A stretch of 63,999 nucleotides of DNA, the filler included, from Octopus bimaculoides (taxonomy: Eukaryota), in the NCBI RefSeq assembly GCF_001194135.2. It is 5 parts of 5 records of this genome, joined end to end, with 100 filler letters (N's around TTAATTAATTAA, not from the genome) between each part and the next. Parts side by side here need not be neighbours in the genome. Positions count along the whole stretch, not along the records: positions 20,294 to 41,925 come from NC_069005.1; 4 more parts are not named here. One strand, 5' to 3'. Below are positions 23,236-34,812 of this stretch, in pieces. Both the position numbers and the translations under genes were made by a program. The first letter of the stretch is position 1. Each line of letters begins with the position of its first letter. The notes beneath the pieces were generated by a model, which made no database searches, had not been told where the DNA came from, and saw nothing but the letters and a program-made list of their open reading frames with translations.

Positions 23236-24500
23236 CAAAAACAATTTGAAAAACCTACACGACTAGGTGAAAAGCGCTTCATTTAATATGTGACATTAAT
23301 AAAAATCTGTAAATGTACAAACATCCAGGTTTCTGAGTACCTTAATTTTTTATATATAATTTCTGTACATCACCNNNNNNNNNNNNNNNNNNNNNNNNNN
23401 NNNNNNNNNNNNNNNNNNNNNNNNNNNNNNNNNNNNNNNNNNNNNNNNNNNNNNNNNNNNNNNNNNNNNNNNNNNNNNNNNNNNNNNNNNNNNNNNNNNN
23501 NNNNNNNNNNNNNNNNNNNNNNNNNNNNNNNNNNNNNNNNNNNNNNNNNNNNNNNNNNNNNNNNNNNNNNNNNNNNNNNNNNNNNNNNNNNNNNNNNNNN
23601 NNNNNNNNNNNNNNNNNNNNNNNNNNNNNNNNNNNNNNNNNNNNNNNNNNNNNNNNNNNNNNNNNNNNNNNNNNNNNNNNNNNNNNNNNNNNNNNNNNNN
23701 NNNNNNNNNNNNNNNNNNNNNNNNNNNNNNNNNNNNNNNNNNNNNNNNNNNNNNNNNNNNNNNNNNNNNNNNNNNNNNNNNNNNNNNNNNNNNNNNNNNN
23801 NNNNNNNNNNNNNNNNNNNNNNNNNNNNNNNNNNNNNNNNNNNNNNNNNNNNNNNNNNNNNNNNNNNNNNNNNNNNNNNNNNNNNNNNNNNNNNNNNNNN
23901 NNNNNNNNNNNNNNNNNNNNNNNNNNNNNNNNNNNNNNNNNNNNNNNNNNNNNNNNNNNNNNNNNNNNNNNNNNNNNNNNNNNNNNNNNNNNNNNNNNNN
24001 NNNNNNNNNNNNNNNNNNNNNNNNNNNNNNNNNNNNNNNNNNNNNNNNNNNNNNNNNNNNNNNNNNNNNNNNNNNNNNNNNNNNNNNNNNNNNNNNNNNN
24101 NNNNNNNNNNNNNNNNNNNNNNNNNNNNNNNNNNNNNNNNNNNNNNNNNNNNNNNNNNNNNNNNNNNNNNNNNNNNNNNNNNNNNNNNNNNNNNNNNNNN
24201 NNNNNNNNNNNNNNNNNNNNNNNNNNNNNNNNNNNNNNNNNNNNNNNNNNNNNNNNNNNNNNGATATTTAGTACAAGCTACAGAGTAGTACAAGCAAGAA
24301 TAGCCACAGATTAGTAAAGACAAGTAAACAGTGCAAAACAAAATTAGCTGGCCGCCTACACTTTTTTCTGCAAAATAGGGGTAGCTTATCCTGTTCAGGC
24401 TATATTATTAGCATTATCCTGTGTTAAAGAATTTAAAAATCACTTCTTTAACATTCTAAGGCATATCAACGCTTCGAAAAGCAAACTTTGTTTGTTTACA

Positions 24501-24652
24501 TCATCATCATCATCATCATCATCATCGTTTAACGTCCGCTTTCCATGCTAGCATGGGTTGGACGATTTGACTGAGGACTGGTGAAACCGGATGGCAACAC
24601 CAGGCTCCAATCTAATTTGGCAGAGTTTCTACAGCTGGATGCCCTTCCTTAC
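24501..24652 (-). mobile_element. SINE family A, truncated
   Basis: (CAT)n then gtttaacgtccgctttccatgctagcatgggttggacg...ggatgcccttcc. Confidence 0.85.
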
Positions 24653-25114
24653 GTTTATCGTAATTTGAATTTAAAATTAAAGATATTATATCATATAATC
24701 CTAAATAGGGTGCAACACTGAATTTCTGACAGCAATGGTTCCAGTACCTTACTGAATGAACTGCTTTCCTGCACAAGAAGTGGTCAATTTTGGTCAACAT
24801 ACCTTAACATGCTAACAGTACACCTACCATGTCCTTAAAGCAGCATGGACTGCTTCAACTTCAAATTAAATTACATATCAAATCTACTGATACAGAGAGT
24901 TACTATACCATTATTAGCTTGATTGTCCTCAATAAAGCCCTGATTTATAGTGTGAAAAACTCAGATATGTCCCGATGTTAAATAGATATAATACTTGCGG
25001 CATGAGCCACTTTAGTAGATTTTGATAGCAGATTATAGAATAGGTCAGAAAGAAAGAATACTTTCGATATAGCGATGGGATCATCTAAATCTCCACAAGT
25101 CACAGACTTGGTTA

Positions 25115-26007
25115 GAATATACTGGTATGGCAGGTAAATTGTTGCCATTTTATATTTCGAGCATGTGCATTGTTTGTTTTTGATTTTGTCAACTACACAG
25201 TATAGTAGAGTCAGCTGGGTACCATCTGTGAGAAAAACAGCACCATGATGCAATTCACTCCGCTAGAAATTTGGAAATGACATGCTGTACTGTTTGGCAT
25301 TCATGCCAAAAGTTCCAATATGAACATTTCAGCGTCTTTGGGTGTCAATCTGAGTGTTTACTTTGTTCTCAAAACATGTACCAAGAGTGATAAAAATCAA
25401 ACATCCAGTCAACATCATGATGTTTGGAGTGACCAGTAGTGATGGTGACATTATGCCTCCATTCATCTTCCCATGTGGCCTCACACTCAACATGGAGGCC
25501 TACATTAAGTGCCTGGAGGAGGTAGTACTGCCTTGGGTCAAGAGGGTGGCTGCTGGAAGACCCTATGTCTGGCAACAGGACTCTGCACCATGCCACACAA
25601 GCAGGAGAACCCAATTATGGCTGTCACACAATTTCTGCAACCACATCACCCCTAACATCTGGTCACCTAACTCCCCAAACTGCAACCCCCTTGATTATTA
25701 TGTGTGGGGAGTAGTTGAGTGAGAGACCAACAAAACTCTTTGTAACACCAAATATGAACTGAAGGCAAGAATTATGGCAGCATTCACCAACTTAAACAAG
25801 GAGACCATCCAGAAGAGTTGCAGGCGATTCCGAAGTTGTCTGGAGGCTGTGGTTGAAGCCAATTGTGATTTAATTGAATAAATTTACTCTTTAGTATTTC
25901 AAGATATTTTTATGTAATTTTGGTAAATATATCTGTTAAAATGAGATCTCAGCGTTATTTTCATTTTTGCATAATTTAAACGACAGTTTATTTACCGCAT
26001 CCTGTAT
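25115..26007 (+). mobile_element. maT (DD37D) Tc1/mariner-superfamily transposon, internally deleted
   Basis: WQQDSAPCHTS..WSPNSPNCNPLDYYVW with 37 residues between the D's; C-terminus CRRFRSCLEAVVEANCDLIE; right end ..tttaccgcatcctgta. Confidence 0.88.
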
Positions 26008-26029
26008 ATCCTTTTGTTAATCTAGTCTT

Positions 26030-26370
26030 CCTTTCTGGAAATCTATATAGAGATGTTGTTTTATTCTTCCTGTAGAAAGGTATAGGAAACAATTCTTTCG
26101 ACTTTTTAAGAATTTAAGACTCAATATAACTATAGAAAAAGATTATCATAGAGTGAATTTCCTTCACACTACCATCTGTGTTGATACTGGATTAGTTGAA
26201 CCTTTTCATAAACCAAATGATAATATTAAGTATATAAATGTAGCATCCAACCATCCACCCTCGATAATACAAGGATTAGTTAAGAATATTTCTACAAGAA
26301 TTTCTAGATTATCCACTAATAAAAAATATTTTCAAATCACATGCACTTATTATAATACTGATCTTCTGAT
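26030..26370 (+). mobile_element. Penelope-like RT core/thumb remnant
   Basis: LYRDV (YRDD site)..NITIE..VNFL..FHKPNDNIKYINVASNHPPSIIQGLVKNISTRISRLS. Confidence 0.85.
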
Positions 26371-27379
26371 GTCCTTCTTAAAGTTTAGTGTCAGCCAGTT
26401 CATTATAGATGTGGTCACAAACCTCCATTTCATTTTCACTTTAACCCATTAGCATTCAGATTTCTTTGTCAAATATATTGCTTCTTTATTAACATTGTTT
26501 TTATTGAATCATGCATTATCTTGCTGTTTCAAGATTTTAATGGTGTGTTTGTATATTCTTAGAATGATATCGTGGGATGGATACAAGAAGCTGAATCTGG
26601 TCAGTTTTAACATAAAACAGGAAGAATATTTGGGCCAGATATGGCAGATTAAATGCTAAGGAGTTAAATACTGCACATTGATATCCACTAATATCCTTAT
26701 GCCTAACACAACCACCTGTGGTCATCATAAAGTTTGTCCTTATTTTAGACACCAATTCTGTGTTACTTTCACAATTTGTAAAGTGGTGCATGCTAAATTT
26801 CAAATGCTATATAAGTTATAACCTTTAAAGCAGAGACATGTCTGGAAAGGCAAGGCAGACAGTGCCTAAGCCAGACTAAAACTATAAATATCATATAAAT
26901 ATAACTGCTTTAGCAGTATTATAATATATACAATATATACAAGACACAGAAGGTGGAAAGCTAGCAGAAATGTTAGCACGCCAGACAAAATGCTTAGCAG
27001 CATTTTGTCTGGCTTTATGATCCGAGTTGAAATTCTGCCAAGGTTGACTTTGCCTTTCATCCTTTAGGGGGTCGATAAATTAAGTACCAGTTGCATACTG
27101 GAGTCGATCTAATCGACTGCCCCCCCCCTCCCCCAAAATTTCAGGCCTTGTGCCTAGAGTAGAAAAGAATATATACAAGACACAGGTTTACATAACCCTG
27201 CCATTTCCTCCAATAACAATACAGCTTTTACACCTTAACAACATTACAGTTTGGGAACTGACTCAGATTAAGAATACAGGCCAGAAAGAATTGGTCAAGA
27301 CAATAAGCTACTAACCAAAACTCATAGACACACAAAGCACAATAGTTCTACTGCTCATAACACAATAGATTGTCCCAAC

Positions 27380-27500
27380 CTTGTACAACACACTAGAACA
27401 AATAAACCAAACAAGAAATATAGGAATCATGATGTCCACTGGTACAACCCAATCAACAGTTCACATGTTTCAACAAAGATTGCTATGAAATTTTTTGCTG
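27380..27500 (+). mobile_element. Penelope-like post-thumb fragment
   Basis: KYRNHDVHWYNPINSSHVSTKIAMKFF, resembling the PLE motif RKRNIIWFNPPYS..TNIGKKFL. Confidence 0.6.
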
Positions 27501-27670
27501 TTACTCTTTTACTTGTTTCAGTCATTTGACTGTGGCCATGCTGGAGCACCGCCTTTAGTCGAGCAAACCGACCCCAGGGCTTATTCTTTGTAAGCTTAGT
27601 ACTTATTCTATTGGTCTCTTTTGCCAAACTGCTAAGTTATGGGGACGTAAACACACCAGCATCGGTTGTC
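27500..27670 (-). mobile_element. SINE family B, tail fragment
   Basis: gtttcagtcatttgactg.ggccatgctggagcaccgcc...acaccagcatcggttgtc. Confidence 0.8.
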
Positions 27671-27671
27671 T

Positions 27672-28078
27672 ACATTTTAAAAATAACTGTCCGTTTAAAA
27701 ATATAAAATGCCACAAGTATGGTAAAATAAGCCATAAAAAGTTGCAATGTAGGACAGAAGCTAGAAAACTGTTCAACAGAAAAAATCATGTAAACAGATT
27801 ACTGGAGACAAAAAATATGAACGAGCCTCAAAGTAAATTTGTGTATGTAAAAATTAATAACACAAAAATAAAGTTACAATTACAGGCAGCAACATCTCAA
27901 TAATTAACACAGATACGTAGAAAAAAATCGGGAGACCTAAATAAAATGAAACCTCGAAAATTGTCCATGGTGTTTCAGGAAAAAAATTATATTTTAAGGA
28001 CAAATTGATAAGTAACTTTACATTTCATAAAAAAACCTTAAAGGCTAAAGTTTTTGTTAAATAACACAACAAACTTGT
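27672..28078 (+). mobile_element. Mag-clade gag knuckle/protease remnant
   Basis: CPFKNIKCHKYGKISHKKLQC..KFVYVKINNTKIKLQL..TLKAKVF; same layout as 6310-6620. Confidence 0.7.
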
Positions 28079-28099
28079 TCATATATATACATACATATA

Positions 28100-28385
28100 T
28101 ACACATACACACGCACATATATTAATAGTAATAGTATGACAACAAAAGAATGAATGAGACCTCAAAATTATGTAAACATTATGTAAATAGAGTAATTTAT
28201 CTGTAATATATGTGACAATTATTCGGTTACCATAATATATATATATACACATACATATATACATACACACACACACATATTAATAGTAATGGTATGACAA
28301 CAAAAGAATAAATGAGACCTCGATATTATGTAAATAGAGGAATTTATCTGTAATATAATATGTGACAATTATTCAGTTACCATAA
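28100..28385. repeat. Local tandem duplication, about 160-bp unit
   Basis: cacacatattaatagtaat.gtatgacaacaaaagaat.aatgagacctc..gtgacaattattc.gttaccataat occurs twice. Confidence 0.8.
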
Positions 28386-28887
28386 TGTAAGTCAACGTTT
28401 CAGATGTTGGGGCAGAAATCTGCTCCGGCATCTCGTCAGTTATTAAGACAAACAAAAATGCAACCCAATAATTGTCACATATTATATTACAGATATATAT
28501 ATATATATATATATATATATCTTTATATTTGTTATATTGGGAGAGTCATTAAACCATTAAAAAAACATGCCGAAGTGCACGTTTTTTACTATCAGCACAA
28601 AGACCATCCTGAAATACAATATGCTTCAAGATATCAAGGTCATATTTTTTCACTTATTTATTCTTATTTATTTGTTTATTTTTATTTATCTATTTATTTA
28701 CATGTTCATTGATTTATTTTGATTACTTATACATATGATTGTAAATCAATTAATAGATATAAATGAATGTCTACAGGCTGATATCTGTCGATTGATTATC
28801 CTCTCCATTTCTTATTTGCCTTATAAATTCTGGGTAAATTTGTTTAACCCACACTCATACCTAGTATTCAATTACAAGATCAAACTA

Positions 28888-29345
28888 AATTCGACGACTG
28901 GCACCCATGCCAACGTCATCTCCTTCATTGGACACGAAACTCGGCTTGTGAAGACCTGCTGGGGCAAGCGAAAGCAAAACTGTGATGGCACCTGTGCCCA
29001 GCGTCGCCTTACTGGCACTTGTGCTGATGGCACGTGTAAAGACATTTGAGCGAGATCGTTGCCAGTGCCGCTGGACTGGCTCCTGTGCAGGTGGCACATA
29101 AAATACACCATTTTAAGCATGGCCGTTGCCAGTACCGCCTGACTGGCTTTCGTGCCGGTGGCACGTAAAAGCACCCACTACACTCTCGGAGGGTTGACGT
29201 TAGGAAGGGCATCCAGCTGTAGAAACTCTGCTAAATCAGATTGGAGCCTGGTGTAGCCATCTGGTTCGCCAGTCCTCAGTCAAATCATCCAACCCATGCT
29301 AGCATGGAAAGCGGACGTTAAATGATGATGATGATGATGATGATA
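28888..29345 (+). mobile_element. SINE family A, longest copy, with internal subrepeats
   Basis: Repeated gttgccagt.ccgc..gactggc..gtgc.ggtggcac.taaaa.cacc units, then aggaagggcatccagctgtagaaac and (GAT)n tail. Confidence 0.88.
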
Positions 29346-29365
29346 TATATGTATTCTCACATACT

Positions 29366-29403
<38 letters not shown>

Positions 29404-29571
29404 AAATGTTTTCAGTGTAATGGCATTGGAGTGGATTTGGTCAATGGAAACTGAAAGAAGCCTATTTTATCTGTCTCTCTCTGTCCCCACCTCTCTTTCA
29501 GTCCTCCCCACTCTCTCATTTATATATATGCTGGAAGTGATCTTCATCCAAGAACAGCTGAGTCAGGTGGA

Positions 29572-29622
29572 TCCCACTGAAGAGGCCTCAGGGAAAGCCA
29601 AAACTGACCAACCAGTCTGGGA
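29572..29622 (+). ncRNA. Type I hammerhead motif with full stem III and a G12A core substitution (family H2)
   Basis: tccca-CTGAAGA-ggc[ctcagggaaa]gcc-AAAA-CTG[accaac]CAG-TC-tggga. All three stems pair and the triplet is GUC; the only core defect is GAAA to AAAA. Confidence 0.62.
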
Positions 29623-30529
29623 ATATCTCAACTGCTGCTTTTCAGGTGATTACGGTCCCTGTCAGCATGTATGTATACAATTATGTGTGTTGACTGCAGC
29701 ATTAGAACGTTTAGCTCTTATTTCTAGCAATGTTGGTACTTCTGACACCTTTAGTCATATTTAATGACAGCTATAGGTTTCCTTTTTGGTGCACATTGCT
29801 TTCAGCTGCCTACATTAATTATGTGTGTGTGTGTGTGTTACTGTCTCCTTGCTCCTTAACATCACATGATACTAGTAAATGAATGTCGCCATCCTGCAAG
29901 CGGTGTCCTTTGTTTCCAATCTTTCGAGAAAACATGACTGGGCATCAGGAAATATTACCTTACTTGGAAGCAGGTGGTGGGTGGACAAGACAGGAAATGA
30001 ATATGGCCATAAAAAATCTGCTTCAACAAATTCCATCCAATCGATGTGAACACAGAAAAGTAGATGTTGTTATGATGATGATGATGATGAGTTTGAAATA
30101 GGATAAAAAGGATAAGTTTCAAAATATCTGGTTTTTTTGCTTACCTATTATTGTTGATACAGTTAATAATTGACCAAATATACAACTTTCAGGACTTTTA
30201 GCACCAGTGTCACTGAAAAATATAACATTTCAACATTAATATTTTGGAAAATTAGCTTTAACGCAAATCAAAGACATGTTTTATTTTTAATCAGCTGAAC
30301 TATGAATGATTAAGCATTTCAAATAAACATAATCATTAAGCATATACTTATGCTTATCACTTAACGGGTGCAGGCATATGAAGTTAAGAAGCTTATATCA
30401 CAATCATGTACTTAACCACAGTTCAACACAGTGGCCCCTTTGGGCAACTTGACTCCTACTGTAGCCTTATGTTAATCAGTTGCCGTGTGAATATAATTTG
30501 ATAGAGAGAAACTGTATGAAAGCCTGATG

Positions 30530-30870
30530 TGAATTTGTGCGAGGTGTGTATAGACGTGTGCATATATATGTATATATAAGTGTGTGTGTGTGTGTGTGTG
30601 TGTATTTGTGTGAGGTGTGTATAAACATGTGCATATATAAGTGTGTGTATGTGTATGTGTGTGAATGTCTGTGTGTGTGTATTTGTGTGAGGTGTGTATA
30701 GACATGTGTATATATATGTATATATAGAAGTGTGTGTGTGTATGTGTGTGTATTTGTGTGAGGTGTGTACAGACATGCATATATATGTATATATAAGTGT
30801 GTGTGTGTATCTGTGTGAGGTGTGTATAAACATGTGCATATATATGTATATATAAGTGTGTGTGTGTGTT
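30530..30870. repeat. Minisatellite, about 60-bp unit built from GT/AT microsatellite
   Basis: tgtgtgaggtgtgtata.acatgtgcatatata recurs about six times. Confidence 0.8.
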
Positions 30871-31599
30871 ATATCATCATTTAACGTCTATGTTCTATGC
30901 TGGAATAGGTTGGATAGTTTGACAGGATCCAATGGATTCGAAGACTGCATTGTGCTTCTATGTTTGCTTTGGCATGCTGTCTAGAGCTGGATATCCTCCC
31001 TAATGTCAACCACTGTATGTATACTGGGGGCATTTTCCATGCCACCAGCATTAGTGAGGTTGCTATGCAGCCTGCAAGTCTGGGATCCCTTTTTACCAAG
31101 TGGGACTACAATAGAAAGGGAAGTAGCTTTATGCCCTAAGATGAGGGGTTAAAATGTGAGAGAAAAGGCCAGGACAGGACAGGGCTATACAGCTACTGAT
31201 ATTGTAGAAGAGAGACTAGGAGTTGTTGGAAAGAGATAAAAAATAGTGGTGATAAGATGTCATGGCTGATACTCAAGATATGAAGTAAGTAAAGGTGAAT
31301 GCGGACACCAGTCAGGGAGTGTGGGTGAGTAGAGTGTATGGGAAGGCGAGAGATGGTGAGAGATAGGGAAATGGATGACAGGGTGAATATAATGATCGGA
31401 TGATAAATAAGGAAGGAAGGAAAGATAGGAAGAAAAGGAGGTGACAACTGTGAAAGTTAGGTAGGACTGAGGGGTGAACAACGATACATAATTTGGTAGA
31501 GAAGAAAGAGGAAAGGAGATGAATGACAGTGCAGAAAAAGTGGGAGTTAAGAGGAGCAGAATAGAAATAATAATAATAATAATTCTTTTGACTGGCCAG

Positions 31600-31900
31600 G
31601 GCCGATCGTTGCCAGTGCCGCTGGACTAGCTCCTGTGCAGGTGGCACGTAAAAATACACCATTTTGAGCGTGGCCATTGCCAGTACCCACCTGATTGGCC
31701 TTCGTGTGGGTGACATGTAAAAGCACCCACTACACTCTCGGAGTGGTTGGCGTGAGGAAGGGCATCCAGCTGTAGAAACTCTGCCAGATCAGATTGGAGC
31801 CTGGTGTAGCAATCTGGTTTCACCAGTCCTCAGTCAAATCGTCCAAACCATGCTAGCATGGAAAGCGGACGTTAAACGATCATGATGATGATGATGATGA
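31600..31900 (+). mobile_element. SINE family A
   Basis: Same body and (GAT)n tail as 28888. Confidence 0.85.
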
Positions 31901-32109
31901 CTATAGGCACAGGGCTGAAATTTTGGAGGAGGGGCTTAGTTAGTTACAGTGCTCAAATGGTACTTATTTAATGGCACTGAAATGATAACAGGCAAAAACC
32001 AACCTTCAACAAATTCCATCCAATCCATGTGAACACAGAAAAGTGGATGTTGCTGTTATGTTGATGATGATGATGACGAGTTTGAAATAGGGTAAAACAC
32101 ATAAGTTTC

Positions 32110-32442
32110 AAAATGACTCTTTTACTCTTTTACTTGTTTCAGTCATTTGACTGCGGCCATGCCGGAGCACCGCCTTTAGTCGAGCAAATTGACCCTAGGA
32201 CTTATTCTTTGGAAGCCTAGTACTTATTCTATCGGTCTGTTTTGCCAAACCGCTAAGTTACAGGGACGTAAACACACCAGCATTGGTTGTCAAGCGATGT
32301 TGGGGGGACAAACACAGACACACAAACATATACACACACACACACACACATATATATATACATACATATATACGACGGGCTTCTTTCAGTTTCCGTCTAC
32401 CAAATCGACTCACAAGGCTTTGGTGGGCCCGACGCTATAGTA
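32110..32442 (-). mobile_element. SINE family B, running into a gap
   Basis: tttactcttttacttgtttcagtcatttgactgcggcc...cgacgggcttctttcagtttccgtctacc. Confidence 0.85.
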
Positions 32443-33371
32443 NNNNNNNNNNNNNNNNNNNNNNNNNNNNNNNNNNNNNNNNNNNNNNNNNNNNNNNNNN
32501 NNNNNNNNNNNNNNNNNNNNNNNNNNNNNNNNNNNNNNNNNNNNNNNNNNNNNNNNNNNNNNNNNNNNNNNNNNNNNNNNNNNNNNNNNNNNNNNNNNNN
32601 NNNNNNNNNNNNNNNNNNNNNNNNNNNNNNNNNNNNNNNNNNNNNNNNNNNNNNNNNNNNNNNNNNNNNNNNNNNNNNNNNNNNNNNNNNNNNNNNNNNN
32701 NNNNNNNNNNNNNNNNNNNNNNNNNNNNNNNNNNNNNNNNNNNNNNNNNNNNNNNNNNNNNNNNNNNNNNNNNNNNNNNNNNNNNNNNNNNNNNNNNNNN
32801 NNNNNNNNNNNNNNNNNNNNNNNNNNNNNNNNNNNNNNNNNNNNNNNNNNNNNNNNNNNNNNNNNNNNNNNNNNNNNNNNNNNNNNNNNNNNNNNNNNNN
32901 NNNNNNNNNNNNNNNNNNNNNNNNNNNNNNNNNNNNNNNNNNNNNNNNNNNNNNNNNNNNNNNNNNNNNNNNNNNNNNNNNNNNNNNNNNNNNNNNNNNN
33001 NNNNNNNNNNNNNNNNNNNNNNNNNNNNNNNNNNNNNNNNNNNNNNNNNNNNNNNNNNNNNNNNNNNNNNNATCCAAGATCACTCTGAATACGAAGGATG
33101 AGTGCCCTCTCTAACTCCTTTCCTCTGACTCACAGGTCTACACTAAGAGTGGTATCATTCACTCATGCCATTTTTGCAATTTTCACCATTTTTTGATAAA
33201 TTCACTCGAGGACAGCACCTCCCTCACGATCCTCACTTTCCTTTTCAAGTGAAACTCGAAAAAGTTGATGAGGGCTTTACCAAATATTATAAACTGAATT
33301 TCACCAAATATTATAAACACTATTTCAACTTATGGAGCTTCAAGTTACTGTGACTTCACAGTATGGCGGCC

Positions 33372-33404
<33 letters not shown>

Positions 33405-33406
<2 letters not shown>

Positions 33407-34630
33407 CATGGAAAAAATGCTTAATGAAAGTATGAAACATTGGAATACTGAATTGATCAGAGGAAAACAAAAACTCAGAAAAGTCAACATCAGACATGGA
33501 ATATTCCAAGGTGATAACTTATCTTTATTACTATTCGTATTGGCCATGATGCCATTCACTATGATACACCAAAAAGTTAAAATAGTATACAATAGTTGCC
33601 AGTGCTGCCGAACTGGCTCCTGTGAATGTGGCACGTAAAATACACCATTTTGAGCATGGCCGTTGCCAGTACCGCCTGACTGGCCTTCGTGCCGGTGGCA
33701 TGTAAAAGCACCTACTACACTCTCGGAGTGGTTGGCGTTAGGAAGGGCATCCAGCTGTAGAAACTCTGCCAAATCAGATTAGAGCCTGGTGCAGCCATCT
33801 GGTTTCACCAGTCCTCAGTCAAATCATTCAACCCATGCTAGCATGGAAAGCGGACGTTAAACGACGATGATGATGATGATGAATTTGGGAAAAGGAAATG
33901 GTCAGATAAATCATCTCCTTTTCATGGATGATATAAAGGTTTATGCAGAAAATGACAAACAGCTTGAAAGTCTTGTACATACTGTTCGCATTTTCTCAAA
34001 TGACATAGGTATAGAATTTTGGATTAAAAAAAGTGCACTATTTTGAAAATGAAATGAGGAAGATTTGAAAGAAGCCAGAGAATTGAAATGTCAAATGGGC
34101 GGCAAATAATGAGAGTGGTTGAGGAGGGACAGTGGTGTAAGCACTTGGGAATACTGAAAGCAGACAAAATTTAAAAAATGAATGAATGAAACAAATTACC
34201 AGTAGGAAGTACACAAGAAGAGTGAGAAAATTATTACAGTCAAAGCTGAAGCTGCTTACTAATTGACCCATCATGTCCATTTGATTCCAGGACCAAGAAG
34301 AAAGAGGACAAAACAAAACAAAGAAAATACAATCCTTTAAAATTTGAAATAGGAAGAATTTGGAGTATGAGAACTGTCAAGGTCGTGTCTTTAATAATTG
34401 GTGCGTTGGGAATAGTAAGCAAAGATATAGACAAATAGCTGAAGGCGGTTGGAATAAAATGCCCAGTAGAGCTCCTACAAAAAGTTTCTCTCTTAGGGAC
34501 AGCAAGGATAATCAGGAGGGTTCTAAGCACTTGAAAGACTGTTGAAAACTTGTGGATACCTAAGGCTACAGATAGTAACACGCTATCTACATAATTCCTA
34601 CCAGGAATAAGACCGAACCTGAGCCAAACC
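33405..34630 (+). mobile_element. R4/Dong-type LINE, 5'-truncated and internally deleted, in (TAA)n, interrupted by a SINE
   Basis: RHGIFQGDNLSLLLF; INHLLFMDDIKVYA..IFSNDIGIEF; KHLGI; jump to LLIDPSCPFDSR..KYNPLKFEIGRIW..IIGALG..QKVSLLGTARIIRRVL. (AAT)n at 33372-33404 and 34631-34660. Confidence 0.9.
33596..33881 (+). mobile_element. SINE family A nested in the R4/Dong RT
   Basis: Family A body and (GAT)n tail between the QGD and FMDD RT motifs. Confidence 0.85.
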
Positions 34631-34660
<30 letters not shown>

Positions 34661-34661
<1 letters not shown>

Positions 34662-34812
34662 GCTGTCTCTTGGGGACAGCAAGGATTATCAGGAAGGTTC
34701 TAAGCACTTGAAAGACAACTGAAAACTTGTGGATATCAAAGGTCACAGGTAGTAACCTGCTATCCACACAAATCCTACCAGGAATAAGACCAAATCTAAG
34801 TCAAACCAAAAA
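34661..34812 (+). mobile_element. Second R4/Dong 3' end in tandem
   Basis: tctcttgggacagcaaggat.atcaggaaggttctaagcacttga..aaaacttgtggata..accaggaataagacc repeats 34490-34630 after the (AAT)n tract. Confidence 0.85.

Noticed and set aside
29643-29690. ttttcag|GTGATTACGG.. possible exon
   Set aside because: Phase could fit but the peptide does not resemble the expected PDE9 continuation and the donor is ambiguous.
30530-30870. Regularly spaced repeats superficially like a CRISPR array
   Set aside because: Spacers are microsatellite variants, context is eukaryotic, and there are no cas genes.
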